NCBI GenBank assembly: GCA_963813535.1
Contig: CAWEZH010000002.1
Span: 800,001 to 864,000, forward strand
Direction: 5' to 3'
DNA: 64,000 bases
Source of the DNA: an uncultured Chloroflexia bacterium
GTDB lineage: Bacteria; Chloroflexota; Limnocylindria; Limnocylindrales; CSP1-4
Both the position numbers and the translations under genes were made by a program. This document shows, in pieces, positions 52,508 through 62,547 of this stretch. The notes under the pieces were generated by a model. That model was given only the letters and a program-made list of their open reading frames with translations. It did no database searches and had not been told where the DNA came from. Every line of letters begins with the position of its first letter. Positions within the stretch are counted from its first letter, which is position 1.

Positions 52508-52532
52508 GCCGTCCGGTCGGAGAGGCTCTCGG

Positions 52533-53516
52533 TCAGATGTCCGCGTCGAGCGCGGCGCGGACGGGACCGGCCAGCGCGTCGAGCGTCGCACGGTCGAAGG
52601 GCGCGGGCAGGTCGAACATGACGGCGCTCGCGCCGGCGTCGCGGTAGCGGCGCAACTCGGCTGCCACCGCCTTGGCGGTGCCCGCGAACGGCGAACCCCC
52701 TGCCGCTGAACGGGCCGCTGCGGCATCGGTGGCATGCCGCTCGAGGACCCCGGCCAGCGTCCCGACGGCGTCCTCGCGGGTCGCCCGGATGCACGGCGGC
52801 GGCAGGCCGACGGTGCGCTCGATCGATGCCGGGTCCCTGCCGACGCTCGCGCAATGCTCGTCGAGGATCGCGCTGCGACGTGCGAACGAATCGGGGGAAT
52901 CGCCGTCGGCGTTCCAGATGTCGGCCGTCTCGGCGACGATCCGCAGCGTCCGACGCTCCCCGCTGCCACCGATCACCAGCGGGAGGCGTTGCTGGACGGG
53001 CGGCGGGTCGTTGCGTGCCGCGACGGTCGTGAACCACTCGCCGTCGGACGTGACGGCCTTTCCGTCGAGCAGCCCGCGGCAGATCCTGGCAGCCTCCGCG
53101 AAGCGGTCGATGCGTCGTCCGAGGGGTGGGAACGCGAACCCGAAGGCTCGATGCTCAGGCTCGAACCAGCCCGCACCGAGCCCCAATGCCGCGCGACCGT
53201 TCGTCGCGTGGTCGAGCGTGGTGGCCATCTTCACGAGGAGCACCGGGTTCCGATAGCCGGCGCCCGAGACGAGACAGCCCATCCGGGCTCGGTCGGTGAT
53301 TCCGGCCCAGCCGAACAGCGTCGCCCACCCCTCGAAGACCGGCCCATCGATGTCACCGACGGCACCCTCGGCGCCGGGCGCGAGAGGCAGGAAGTGGTCG
53401 TTGCTCCACAGCTCGTCGAAGCCCAGCCGATCGATGTCCGCCCCGATGGCCATCAGGTCCGGCCACGACACGTGCTGGCCCCACACCTGGAAGCCGACTC
53501 GCAGACGACGCGCCAT
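52533..53516 (-). CDS. LLM-class (probably F420-dependent) oxidoreductase
   Basis: W.NDHF, YRNP.LLVK.ATTLD, LGLGAGW...E, IGG.GE.RTL. Confidence 0.85.
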   Translation of the reverse strand: MARRLRVGFQVWGQHVSWPDLMAIGADIDRLGFDELWSNDHFLPLAPGAEGAVGDIDGPVFEGWATLFGWAGITDRARMGCLVSGAGYRNPVLLVKMATTLDHATNGRAALGLGAGWFEPEHRAFGFAFPPLGRRIDRFAEAARICRGLLDGKAVTSDGEWFTTVAARNDPPPVQQRLPLVIGGSGERRTLRIVAETADIWNADGDSPDSFARRSAILDEHCASVGRDPASIERTVGLPPPCIRATREDAVGTLAGVLERHATDAAAARSAAGGSPFAGTAKAVAAELRRYRDAGASAVMFDLPAPFDRATLDALAGPVRAALDADI

Positions 53517-53518
53517 GC

Positions 53519-54577
53519 TCAGGATGCCCCGACCTGGACGACCGTGCCGGTCCGCGCCGAGCGCTCGGCCGCTTCGAGGACGCGCAGGCCGCGGAGGGAA
53601 TCGGTGGGATCGACCGGCGCCGCACCGTCCCCGCGGACGGCATCCCGAAAGAGCTCATAGAACCGGCTGTAGTCGCCACGCTCGCTCGGAACCGGCGTGG
53701 GTGGGCTGCCGGGGGCATAGAGCTGGCCCCAGTCCTCTCGTGCGTCGTCACCGAAGCCCGGGTCCCTTGGCCGTCGGCCGGCCAGGAGCCGCGCCTCCTG
53801 CTGGTCGCGCTCATCCTTGACGTATTCGGCGGCGAGTCCACGAACCCGGAACCTGGGCCGCCCCGACGATGCGATGAGTGAGGTCCACAGGAGCGACCGC
53901 ACGCGGCCGGCGTGCTCGATCGCCACGAAGACCGAGTCGTCGATCCCCGTTCCCGGCCGCCGGCGGTCCATCTGCGCATACACGCGATCCGCAGCGCCGA
54001 AGAGCAGCAGGGCCTGGTCGACCAGGTGTGCGCCGAGGTCCCGATGCGGGCCGCCACCCTGCTCGACGTCCTCGCGCCACGCCTCGGCTACGGGGACGCG
54101 GATCTCGAAGCGGGATTCCAGGCTGTCGATGGGACCGAGCGTGCCGGCATCGATCAGCCGGCGCACGGTCAGGAAGTCGCCGTCCCAGCGCCGGTTCTGG
54201 TACACGGACAGGATCCGGCCCGATCTGTCAGCGGCCTCGATCAGCCGTTCCGCCTCGGGGATGCTGGTGCCGATCGGCTTGTCGACGACGACGTGTCGCC
54301 CGGCCGCGATGGCTTGGATCCCGACCGGCACATGGCTCAGGTTCGGCGACGCCACGACGACCAGTTCGACATCGGAGACGGCGAGCAGCTCGTCGACCGT
54401 ACCGACGACCCGGGCATCCGGATGGTCGGTATGCGCCTCGGCCCGGCGGTCCGGGCGGGTCGTGGCGATCGCCGCGATCCGCAAGCCGTCGACGGCGTCG
54501 ATGAATGGCGCATGGAAGAAGCGGCCGGCGAGCCCGTACCCGACCAGGCCGACGCCGATCCCGCCCGACGAGCCCAT
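53519..54577 (-). CDS. Gfo/Idh/MocA oxidoreductase (IolW/YdgJ-like)
   Basis: GLVGYGLAG..FHAP, HVVVDKP, YQNRRWDGDF, DLG.HL.DQA; GGAGG SD. Confidence 0.85.
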   Translation of the reverse strand: MGSSGGIGVGLVGYGLAGRFFHAPFIDAVDGLRIAAIATTRPDRRAEAHTDHPDARVVGTVDELLAVSDVELVVVASPNLSHVPVGIQAIAAGRHVVVDKPIGTSIPEAERLIEAADRSGRILSVYQNRRWDGDFLTVRRLIDAGTLGPIDSLESRFEIRVPVAEAWREDVEQGGGPHRDLGAHLVDQALLLFGAADRVYAQMDRRRPGTGIDDSVFVAIEHAGRVRSLLWTSLIASSGRPRFRVRGLAAEYVKDERDQQEARLLAGRRPRDPGFGDDAREDWGQLYAPGSPPTPVPSERGDYSRFYELFRDAVRGDGAAPVDPTDSLRGLRVLEAAERSARTGTVVQVGAS

Positions 54578-54585
54578 CGGCCTCC

Positions 54586-55827
54586 TCAGCTCCCGAGGTG
54601 AGGGCCGGCGACCTCGCGGAAGCGTTCGGCGACGCGCTGGGCCGCCGCGGCGTCGTCGCGCATCCGGAGCCCGAATGGCGCCAGGTTCGTGTCGAATACG
54701 CCGATGCCGATGCTCATCGACCGGGCGAGCAGCGCGTCGGTCTGGGGCAGCATCCCGGCGCGATACGTCGGCGTTTCGCTGCCGTAGCAATCACAGTCGA
54801 ACGGACAGCCCTTGCCGCTGACGGTCCGCCGCTCGAGCAGATGCTCCATGTTCGCGTACACGTGCCAGCCAGAGGACGCGAGCGTGATGGAGCCGAGCTC
54901 CTCGGCGATGGCCGTGGCGATCTCGGGCGTCGGGAAGGTCACCACGAGGTGGGTGGCCAGGTCGCCTTCCGGATCCACGATCGTGCGAAAGCCCAGGCCG
55001 GGCAGGTCCGAGATAGCCGATTTCACGATGGTCTTGTTGGCTCGCAGGTGATCGCGGATCAGGTCGAGCTTCCTGACCTGGGCCAGGAGGACCGCGCCCG
55101 ACAACTCGGTCATCCGGAAGTTGAGTCCCAGGAAGGGACGATCCGCGTATTTCGAACCGCTCCGGTTCGGGGCGTGGCCCTGGTCGTGGATCGCGAAGAA
55201 CCGCCCGTACAGCTCCTCGTCGTCCGTCACGATCATCCCGCCGTCGCCACAGGTGATGGTCTTGTACTCGTTGAAGCTGTAGATGCCGGCCGTGCCGATC
55301 CCGCCGACACCCTGACCCTGGTAGGTCGCTCCGAACGCCTGTGCGCAGTCCTCGATCAGCGGGATGCCGTGGCGGTCGGCGACGTCCTTGAGCTCGTCGA
55401 GGCGGGCCGGCGCGCCGAGCATGTGGACGACGAGGATCGCCCGCGTCCGGGGCGTGATGCGCGCCTCGACGTCAGCCGGATCGAGGTTGAACGAGTCGTC
55501 GACCTCGGCCAAGACCGGGACGCCGCGGGCATACACGATCGCCGAGATCGAGGCCACGAACGTGAAGCCCGGCACGATCACCTCGTCGCCCGGCCCGATG
55601 CCGATGCCGAGAAGGGTCACGAACAATCCGGCTGAGCCACCACCGTGCAACCCGAGGCCGTAGCGCACGCCGGCGATCGAGGCGATCTCCTGCTCCACCT
55701 TGCGGACCTTGGCCCCGAAGCCCGGATCCTCGTCGCTTCCGTAGCGGCTGAGCGACCGGTTGGTGAGGACCTGCATCACCTCGGCGATCTCTTCCTCGCC
55801 GATCAGCTCTACGCCCGGTCCGGGCAT
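54586..55827 (-). CDS. DegT/DnrJ/EryC1/StrS aminotransferase (inosose/inosamine type by context)
   Basis: GDEVIVP.FTF.A, VHM.G, EDCAQA.G, SFN.YK.IT.GDGG, NFRM.EL. Confidence 0.88.
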   Translation of the reverse strand: MPGPGVELIGEEEIAEVMQVLTNRSLSRYGSDEDPGFGAKVRKVEQEIASIAGVRYGLGLHGGGSAGLFVTLLGIGIGPGDEVIVPGFTFVASISAIVYARGVPVLAEVDDSFNLDPADVEARITPRTRAILVVHMLGAPARLDELKDVADRHGIPLIEDCAQAFGATYQGQGVGGIGTAGIYSFNEYKTITCGDGGMIVTDDEELYGRFFAIHDQGHAPNRSGSKYADRPFLGLNFRMTELSGAVLLAQVRKLDLIRDHLRANKTIVKSAISDLPGLGFRTIVDPEGDLATHLVVTFPTPEIATAIAEELGSITLASSGWHVYANMEHLLERRTVSGKGCPFDCDCYGSETPTYRAGMLPQTDALLARSMSIGIGVFDTNLAPFGLRMRDDAAAAQRVAERFREVAGPHLGS

Positions 55828-55863
55828 GCCGGCCTCCCTCCATCCCTCCGCGCACCGCACCCA

Positions 55864-55879
55864 GTGCAACCGATTGCAC
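55864..55879. promoter_or_regulatory. LacI-family operator between divergent operons
   Basis: GTGCAACCGATTGCAC near-perfect palindrome with central CG; flanked by -10-like TAGCGT (minus, 55883-55888) and GATAAT (plus, 55896-55901). Confidence 0.7.
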
Positions 55880-55948
55880 GGAACGCTACCAGCACGATAA
55901 TCTGACCGTCAACACGTCGTCGCGGCATGAGTGGAGGGTCGGGAGCAC

Positions 55949-56842
55949 GTGAGCGATCTCCTGGAACGAATGGCGGGCGCGCCGATCACGTGGGGTGTCG
56001 ACGGGTCACCGGGCTGGGGCCACCTGATGGACCGAGACAGGGTCCTCAGGGAGATGGTCGAGAGCGGGCTGAGTGCGACCGAGCTCGGGCCGGACGGCTA
56101 CCTGCCCACCGATCCGGTCGAGCTGCAGGAGTTCCTCGCCCGATTCCGGATGAGCATCGTCGGCGGGTTCGTGCCTGCCCTCCTCTACCGGCCCGACCGC
56201 ATCGAGGAGGTCCTCGCCTACGTGGAGAGAGCCGCGCGGCAGCTCGCGTCGACCGGTTCGGCCGTCCTCGTCCTCGGCCCATCGACGCATCACCCCGGCT
56301 ACGACACGTCGGTCGACATGAGCGCCGATGAATGGACGACCTTCCTGGCCAATCTCGCCCGGCTCGAATCGCTCGTCACCGACGCCGGGCTGCAGACGGC
56401 CCTCCATCCGCATTGGGGCATGGCCATCGAGACCGGACGGCACATCGACCGACTGCTCGACGCGTCGTCCGTGGGTCTCTGCCTGGATACCGGTCACGTC
56501 TACCTCGCCGGGGCGGACCCGGTCGAGGTCGCGCGGGCGGCACGGGGCCGCGTGCTCCACGTCCACCTCAAGGACGTCGATCCGCAGAAGGCCGAACAGG
56601 TGCGCAGCGGCGAGGTGCCGTTCCGAGAATCGGTCATCGACGGGCTGTTCGTCCCGTTGGGCGAGGGTGCCGCCGATATCGCCGGCGTCATCCGTGTCCT
56701 CGAGGACGACGGCTATCGGGGCTGGTACGTGCTCGAGCAGGACGTCTCGCTCAAGGCGGAACCACCCGAGGGCACCGGCCCGAAGGCGGACGCGGTCGAC
56801 AGCGTCGCGTACCTGCGCGGCCTCGTCGGCGGTCGTGCGTGA
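55949..56842 (+). CDS. iolE: Inosose dehydratase-like (IolE/MocC) TIM-barrel protein
   Basis: GAPITWG, ELGP.GYLP, HPH.G..IE, LDTGH, HVHLKDV, F.PLG.G, GWYVLEQD. Confidence 0.75.
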   Translation: MSDLLERMAGAPITWGVDGSPGWGHLMDRDRVLREMVESGLSATELGPDGYLPTDPVELQEFLARFRMSIVGGFVPALLYRPDRIEEVLAYVERAARQLASTGSAVLVLGPSTHHPGYDTSVDMSADEWTTFLANLARLESLVTDAGLQTALHPHWGMAIETGRHIDRLLDASSVGLCLDTGHVYLAGADPVEVARAARGRVLHVHLKDVDPQKAEQVRSGEVPFRESVIDGLFVPLGEGAADIAGVIRVLEDDGYRGWYVLEQDVSLKAEPPEGTGPKADAVDSVAYLRGLVGGRA

Positions 56843-57759
56843 CGAACTCGACAGATGGACCGGCGGCCCGGTGCGTGCTTCCAGCTCGCGCGCAACTCGG
56901 GGAGTGCCCGCTCTGGAGCTCCGTCGAGGCGCGTCTCTACTGGGTCGACATCGACGGACGCGCGGTCCATCGCTTCGACCCGGCGACGGGGCTCGATGAA
57001 CAGGTCAACGCCCCCGGACGACCCGGCTCCCTGGCCCTGACAGGTGACGCCGGCCGGCTGCTCGTCGCCATCGAGGGCAGGTTGAGCGTCCTCGACTTTG
57101 GCATGGGGCGATGGACCGACTGGATCACCCTCGAGCCCGAGGGGCAGGGCAACCGCCTCAACGACGGCCAGTGCGATCCCGTCGGTCGGTTCTGGGTCGG
57201 CTCGATGTTCGCCGGGACCGGAGAGAAGCGGGCGACCGGCCTCCTCCACCGGATCGAGCCGGATGGGTCCGCTACGGTCGTCCGCACCGGCATCGGCGTG
57301 CCCAACGGGCTCGCCTTCTCCCCCGACGGACGGACCATGTATTTCGCCGATACGCATCGGGACCTGGTGTGGGCCTACGACTACGACCTCGACACCGGCG
57401 AGCCGGCGAATGAGCGGGTCTTCCTCGACTTCGCCGACCTGCCCGGGCGCCCGGATGGCGCCTGCGTCGACGAGGACGGGGGCTACTGGATCGCCTGCGT
57501 GTACGGCTCGGCGGTCCTCCGCGTTACGCCCGACGGGTCGGTCGACCGGCATATCAGCCTGCCGGTCGCGAAACCGACGATGCCGGCGTTCGGAGGACCG
57601 GACCTCGCGACCCTGTTCATCACGACGATCGGTGGCGGCGGATCCCACGCGGTCGACCCGTCACAACCGGACGCCGGCGGACTGTTCGCCGTCGAGACGG
57701 GCTTTCGCGGACGGCCGGAACCGCCGTTCGCGGGAGGCGCCGCCGTGTGGCCGGTGTGA
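56839..57759 (+). CDS. SMP-30/gluconolactonase family lactonase
   Basis: LGECP.W, LYWVDI, RLNDG.CD..GRFW.GSM, PNGLAFSPD, PDG.CVD. Confidence 0.9.
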   Translation: MTNSTDGPAARCVLPARAQLGECPLWSSVEARLYWVDIDGRAVHRFDPATGLDEQVNAPGRPGSLALTGDAGRLLVAIEGRLSVLDFGMGRWTDWITLEPEGQGNRLNDGQCDPVGRFWVGSMFAGTGEKRATGLLHRIEPDGSATVVRTGIGVPNGLAFSPDGRTMYFADTHRDLVWAYDYDLDTGEPANERVFLDFADLPGRPDGACVDEDGGYWIACVYGSAVLRVTPDGSVDRHISLPVAKPTMPAFGGPDLATLFITTIGGGGSHAVDPSQPDAGGLFAVETGFRGRPEPPFAGGAAVWPV

Positions 57760-58751
57760 CCCCGCTGCCATCCGTCTGGTTCGAGCGACCGGTGCTCCCT
57801 GGTCTGGCGTTGTCCGTCGAGGCATCGTGCATGGTGCTCGGTCCCGGCACCGACGAGGATCGCTACGCGGGTATCGAGGGCGCCGTCGGGGCGGTCGCAG
57901 GTGCGGCCCGCTACGACGGCGCCGTCATGGATCGCGCACCGGGCCTGCGAGTCATCGCACGCACGGGGATCGGCTACGACGCGGTGGATGTCGCCGCGGC
58001 CACCGCCCGCGGGATCGCGGTCTGCAACACCCCCGACGGGCCGACGATCTCGACAGCCGAGCATGCCATCACGCTGATGCTGATGGTCGCCAAGAACGTG
58101 AAGCCATCGGAAGCCGCGCTGATCGCTGGATCGTCGGGTCGCTACTACGCCCGCCACTCGGGGATCGAGCTGGCCGGCAAGGTCCTCGGGCTGGTGGGGT
58201 TCGGCCGGATCGCGCGGCGGGTCGCGACGATCGCCGAGAGCATCGGGATGCGCGTCGTCGTGTTCGATCCGTACCTCGATGCGGCCGCTGTGCCGCAGCA
58301 GATCGGCCGGGCCGATTCCCTCGACGAGCTACTGCGCGAGGCCGACGTGGTGTCGGTCCACGTCCCGCTGTCGGACGCCTCGCGGGGCATGTTCGACGCC
58401 GGGCGGTTCGGCGCGATGAAACGTGGCGCGGTCTTCGTGAACACGGCGCGCGGCGGGCTCGTCGACCACGACGCGCTGCTCGCCGCGCTCGACAGCGGAC
58501 AGCTGGTCGGTGCGGGTCTGGATGTGACGCATCCCGAGCCGCTGCCGGTCGGCCACCCGCTGCTGGGCCGCGACGACGTGGTGGTCACGCCCCATGTCGC
58601 GTCGGCGACGTCGGACGGCAAGCTGCGCATCCTCCGCGCGGCGTTCGACGAGGCGATGGCCGTCCTCGACGGTCGCCGGCCGGACCATCTGGTCAACCCC
58701 GAAGTGTGGGACCGCATCGCGAGCGCGACCGTTGCAGGAGTGGACACGTGA
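57747..58751 (+). CDS. D-isomer-specific 2-hydroxyacid dehydrogenase
   Basis: R.GIGYD.VD, AEH, GFGRIA, H.PL, NTARGGLVD, LDV..PEP, TPH.A. Confidence 0.9.
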   Translation: MAGVTPLPSVWFERPVLPGLALSVEASCMVLGPGTDEDRYAGIEGAVGAVAGAARYDGAVMDRAPGLRVIARTGIGYDAVDVAAATARGIAVCNTPDGPTISTAEHAITLMLMVAKNVKPSEAALIAGSSGRYYARHSGIELAGKVLGLVGFGRIARRVATIAESIGMRVVVFDPYLDAAAVPQQIGRADSLDELLREADVVSVHVPLSDASRGMFDAGRFGAMKRGAVFVNTARGGLVDHDALLAALDSGQLVGAGLDVTHPEPLPVGHPLLGRDDVVVTPHVASATSDGKLRILRAAFDEAMAVLDGRRPDHLVNPEVWDRIASATVAGVDT

Positions 58752-59920
58752 CGGAGATCGGCATCGGCGTCGTCGGCTTCGGCTGGATGGGCCAGGCGCA
58801 TTCGCGCTCCTACCGCGACATCCCGGTCTATTTCCCGGAGAGCGGGATCCGACCACGGCTCGCCGCCGTGGCCGACAACGTCCCCGACCGCCTCGAGCTG
58901 GCGCGCGAGAACTTCGGGTTCGCCACCACGACCCTCGACTGGCGGGAGCTGGTCGAGCGCGATGACGTCGACGTCGTCGATGTGACGGCGCCGAACGCCC
59001 TCCATCGCGAGGTCGTGGAGGCCGCGGCGGCTGCCGGGAAGCACGTCTTCTGCGAGAAGCCCGTGGGCATCGATCCCGAGGCGACCGCCGCGATCGAGCT
59101 CGCGGGACGACGTGCCGGCGTGGTCACGGGCTGCGGCTACAACTACCGCTGGGCGCCGCTCGTGCAGCACACCCATCAGCTGATCGCCGACGGCCGGCTC
59201 GGGGACCTGACGCACTATCGCGGCCGCTTCTTCTCGATGTACGGCCGCGACCGCCTCGGCCTGCTGTCGTGGCGGTTCCTCCAGGAGGAGGCCGGCTACG
59301 GCGTGCTCAGCGACCTCATGTCGCATGTCATCGACATGGCGCAATTCCTGTGCGGACCGGTCGCCCGTGTCGTGTCGACCAAGGAGATCTTCGTCCGGGA
59401 GCGGCCATTGCCGGTCCCGGGGCGCTCATCGCACTACGCCCGCGGCAACCCCGGCGACCCGACCGGGACCGTCACGAACGAGGACTACGTCGGAGCCCTC
59501 GTCGAGTTCGCCAACGGGACGCGCGGGACCCTGGAGGCGGATCGCTCGATCGTCGGACCGCAGAGCTCGATGGCCTATCAGGTCAACGGCTCGCGCGGGG
59601 CTGCCTCGTGGGATCACGAAAAGATCAACCAGCTGCAGCTCTACCTGCCTGACGAACAACCGAACGATGGCTTCATCGAGGTGCTCGCCGGCGACGCCTT
59701 CCCGCGTCAGGGCAATATCGTCCCGGGTGGCGGGAACTCGCTCGGCTACGAGGACATGAAGGTCATCGAGGCGCTCGAGTTCCTCGAGTCCGTCGCTGCC
59801 GGCCGGCCACATTCGCCGGGTTTCGAGGACGCGCTGGCCAATGCCTCGGTGGCGGCCGCGATGGCGCGATCCTGGACGAGCGGAGGCTGGGAGGATGTCA
59901 CCAGCCTCCGACGCGACTGA
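58748..59920 (+). CDS. Gfo/Idh/MocA inositol dehydrogenase-like
   Basis: GVVGFGWMG..H, PN..H, KHVFCEKP, YNYR, SWRF, DL.SH.ID. Confidence 0.85.
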   Translation: MTEIGIGVVGFGWMGQAHSRSYRDIPVYFPESGIRPRLAAVADNVPDRLELARENFGFATTTLDWRELVERDDVDVVDVTAPNALHREVVEAAAAAGKHVFCEKPVGIDPEATAAIELAGRRAGVVTGCGYNYRWAPLVQHTHQLIADGRLGDLTHYRGRFFSMYGRDRLGLLSWRFLQEEAGYGVLSDLMSHVIDMAQFLCGPVARVVSTKEIFVRERPLPVPGRSSHYARGNPGDPTGTVTNEDYVGALVEFANGTRGTLEADRSIVGPQSSMAYQVNGSRGAASWDHEKINQLQLYLPDEQPNDGFIEVLAGDAFPRQGNIVPGGGNSLGYEDMKVIEALEFLESVAAGRPHSPGFEDALANASVAAAMARSWTSGGWEDVTSLRRD

Positions 59921-59931
59921 GGGCGCAGAGC

Positions 59932-60693
59932 ATGCTGGAGAACCGCACCAAGGCGAAGCTGGCCGCCGGCGAGGCGGCCTTCGGGTGTTTCGTGCGCACG
60001 TCCGAACCGTCACTCATCGAATACGTCGGGATGCTCGGTTGGGACTTCCTGGTCTTCGACGCCGAGCACGGGACCCTTCAGCCGAGCGAGGTCGAGGACC
60101 TCTGCCGGGCCGTCGAGCCACGCGGCACGACCCCGATCGTCCGCGTCACGACGAACGACCCTTCGACGATCCTGCGCTACCTCGACACGGGCGCCCACGG
60201 CGCACACATCCCATGGGTCAACAGCGCGGCCGAGGCCGAACGAGCCGTGCAGGCGGTGAAGTACTCGCCGCGGGGCATCCGGGGCCTGGCCGGCAGCCGG
60301 GCCTCCGAGTGGGGCCTCCGCGAGCCGCTCAGCGCGTACGTCGAGCGCGCGAACCGCGAGACACTCGTCGTGATCCACATCGAGACGCAGGACGCCGTGG
60401 ACGCGATCGACGACTACCTGGCCATCGACGGGATCGACGTCCTGTTCCTCGGCCCGACGGACATGTCGCAGTCGCTCGGTCACCCGGGCGATACCCGCCA
60501 TCCCGACGTCCTGGCCGCCCTCGACCGGGTCGCGGCGGCCGTCGTCGGCTCGGACAAGGTGCTCGGGATCTACGCTGGCACCGTCGACATGACCAAGGAG
60601 TGGCTGGACCGTGGCGCGCGCTACTTCACCACGTCGCTCGAGCCATTCCTGCGCGAGGGGATGACGGCCCACCTTCGAGACGTGCGAGGCTGA
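59932..60693 (+). CDS. HpcH/HpaI class II pyruvate aldolase
   Basis: DAEHG, IVRV, LD.GA, Y.P.G.RG, IET, F.GP.D. Confidence 0.9.
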   Translation: MLENRTKAKLAAGEAAFGCFVRTSEPSLIEYVGMLGWDFLVFDAEHGTLQPSEVEDLCRAVEPRGTTPIVRVTTNDPSTILRYLDTGAHGAHIPWVNSAAEAERAVQAVKYSPRGIRGLAGSRASEWGLREPLSAYVERANRETLVVIHIETQDAVDAIDDYLAIDGIDVLFLGPTDMSQSLGHPGDTRHPDVLAALDRVAAAVVGSDKVLGIYAGTVDMTKEWLDRGARYFTTSLEPFLREGMTAHLRDVRG

Positions 60694-60700
60694 GATCACG

Positions 60701-62545
60701 ATGGACACGATCCGACTGACCACCGCACAGGCGATCGTGCGCTGGCTGCTGGCACAGCGGACGATGATCGACGGAAACGACGTCCCGGTGTTCGCCGGCG
60801 TGTTCGGCATCTTCGGGCACGGCAACGTGACGTCCCTGGCCGAGGCGCTCGAGCCCGTCCAGGACAAGCTGCCGACATGGCGCGGGCAGAACGAGCAGTC
60901 GATGGCGCTCGCGGCCGTGGCCTACGCCAAGGCGATGCGTGGCAAGCGGATCATGATCGCCACGTCCTCGGTCGGACCGGGCTCGACCAACATGGTGACG
61001 GCGGCGGCCGTCGCCCACGCCAACCGGCTGCCGGTCCTGCTGCTGTCCGGGGATACCTTCCAGCACCGCATCGTCGACCCGGTCCTGCAACAGGTCGAAC
61101 ACTTCGGCGATCCGACCATCACCGTGGCCGACACCTTCAAGCCGGTGAGCCGTTACTGGGACCGGATCACCAAGCCGGCACAGGTCGTTCGGTCCCTCCC
61201 CCAGGCCCTGGCTACGATGCTCGATCCGGCGACGCGTGGCCCCGCATTCCTCGCGCTCCCACAGGACGTCCAGGCCGAGGCCTACGACTTCCCGGTGCGG
61301 TTCTTCGAGCCACGCGTCCACTACATCCGCCGGCCGGGTCCTGACACCCGCGACGTGGAGCGGGCCGCGAGCGTCATCGCCGGCGCCAAACGGCCGATGC
61401 TGATCGCGGGTGGTGGCGTGCACTACTCCGACGCAGCCGACACGGTGCGCACGTTCGCCGAGCGACATGGCATCCCCGTCGTCGAGACGGTCGCCGGGAA
61501 GTCGACGCTCACCCACGATCATCCGAACTACGCCGGTCCGATCGGCGTGACCGGATCCCGTGCTGCCAACGCCGTCGCCGAGGAAGCCGACGTCGTCATC
61601 GCGGTCGGTACGCGACTGCAGGACTTCACGACCGGTTCGTGGTCGGTCTTCGGCGACCCCGACGTGCGGTTCGTGGCGGTCAACACGGCCTCGTGGGATG
61701 CCCACAAGCAGGGCGCCCTCGCGGTCGTCGGCGATGCCAAGGTCACGCTCGAGGCGATCGACCAGGGGCTGGGCGACTACGCGGCACCACCCGAGTGGCT
61801 GGCTATGGCCGATGAGCGGATCGCCGAGTGGCACGCCTATCTCGACTCGTGGTCAGGACGGCGGCACGACGGACCACCGGCCTATGCCGAGGTGATCCAG
61901 TCGATCAACGCCATCGCGGATCCACAGGACTACATCCTGTCGGCTGCGGGTGGCCTGCCCGGCGAACTGAGCATGGGCTGGCGCTCCAAGTCGGTCGGCT
62001 CGTTCAATTCGGAATACGGCTATTCGACGATGGGCTACGAGATCGCCGGGGCGTGGGGCGCTCGCCTTGCCCGTTCGACCGGTGACGTCATCGCCTGGGT
62101 CGGCGATGGCTCGTACCTGATGATGAATTCCGACATCTACTCGACGGTCATGACCGGCCAGAAGGTCATCTTCATGGTCTGCGACAACGGCGGGTACGCG
62201 GTGATCAACCGGCTGCAGGTCAACACGGGCGGGGCCGAATTCAACAACCTCCTGTCCACGACCCGCCACGAGCGCTACTTCCAGGTCGATTTCGTCAAGC
62301 ACGCCGAGGCGATGGGCGCGATCGCCGAGCGCGTCGAGAACATCGACCAGCTGCCCGACGCGTTCGCCCGTGCCAAGACGGCCGACCGGAGCTACGTCAT
62401 CGTCGTCCCCGTCGACCAGTACACATGGACCGAGGGTGGTGCGTGGTGGGAGGTCGGCATCCCGGAGGTGAGCGAGCGGCCGGGCGTCCGGTCCGCCCGC
62501 GACGCCTGGGAAGCCGACAAGCAGAAGCAGCGCGTCGGCGTCTGA
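60701..62545 (+). CDS. iolD: 3D-(3,5/4)-trihydroxycyclohexane-1,2-dione hydrolase
   Basis: RLTTAQA, IFGHGNV, NEQSMA, SVGPG.TN, DPVLQQ, GTRLQDFTTGS, EYGYS.MGYEI, GDGSYLM. Confidence 0.95.
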   Translation: MDTIRLTTAQAIVRWLLAQRTMIDGNDVPVFAGVFGIFGHGNVTSLAEALEPVQDKLPTWRGQNEQSMALAAVAYAKAMRGKRIMIATSSVGPGSTNMVTAAAVAHANRLPVLLLSGDTFQHRIVDPVLQQVEHFGDPTITVADTFKPVSRYWDRITKPAQVVRSLPQALATMLDPATRGPAFLALPQDVQAEAYDFPVRFFEPRVHYIRRPGPDTRDVERAASVIAGAKRPMLIAGGGVHYSDAADTVRTFAERHGIPVVETVAGKSTLTHDHPNYAGPIGVTGSRAANAVAEEADVVIAVGTRLQDFTTGSWSVFGDPDVRFVAVNTASWDAHKQGALAVVGDAKVTLEAIDQGLGDYAAPPEWLAMADERIAEWHAYLDSWSGRRHDGPPAYAEVIQSINAIADPQDYILSAAGGLPGELSMGWRSKSVGSFNSEYGYSTMGYEIAGAWGARLARSTGDVIAWVGDGSYLMMNSDIYSTVMTGQKVIFMVCDNGGYAVINRLQVNTGGAEFNNLLSTTRHERYFQVDFVKHAEAMGAIAERVENIDQLPDAFARAKTADRSYVIVVPVDQYTWTEGGAWWEVGIPEVSERPGVRSARDAWEADKQKQRVGV

Positions 62546-62547
62546 CG

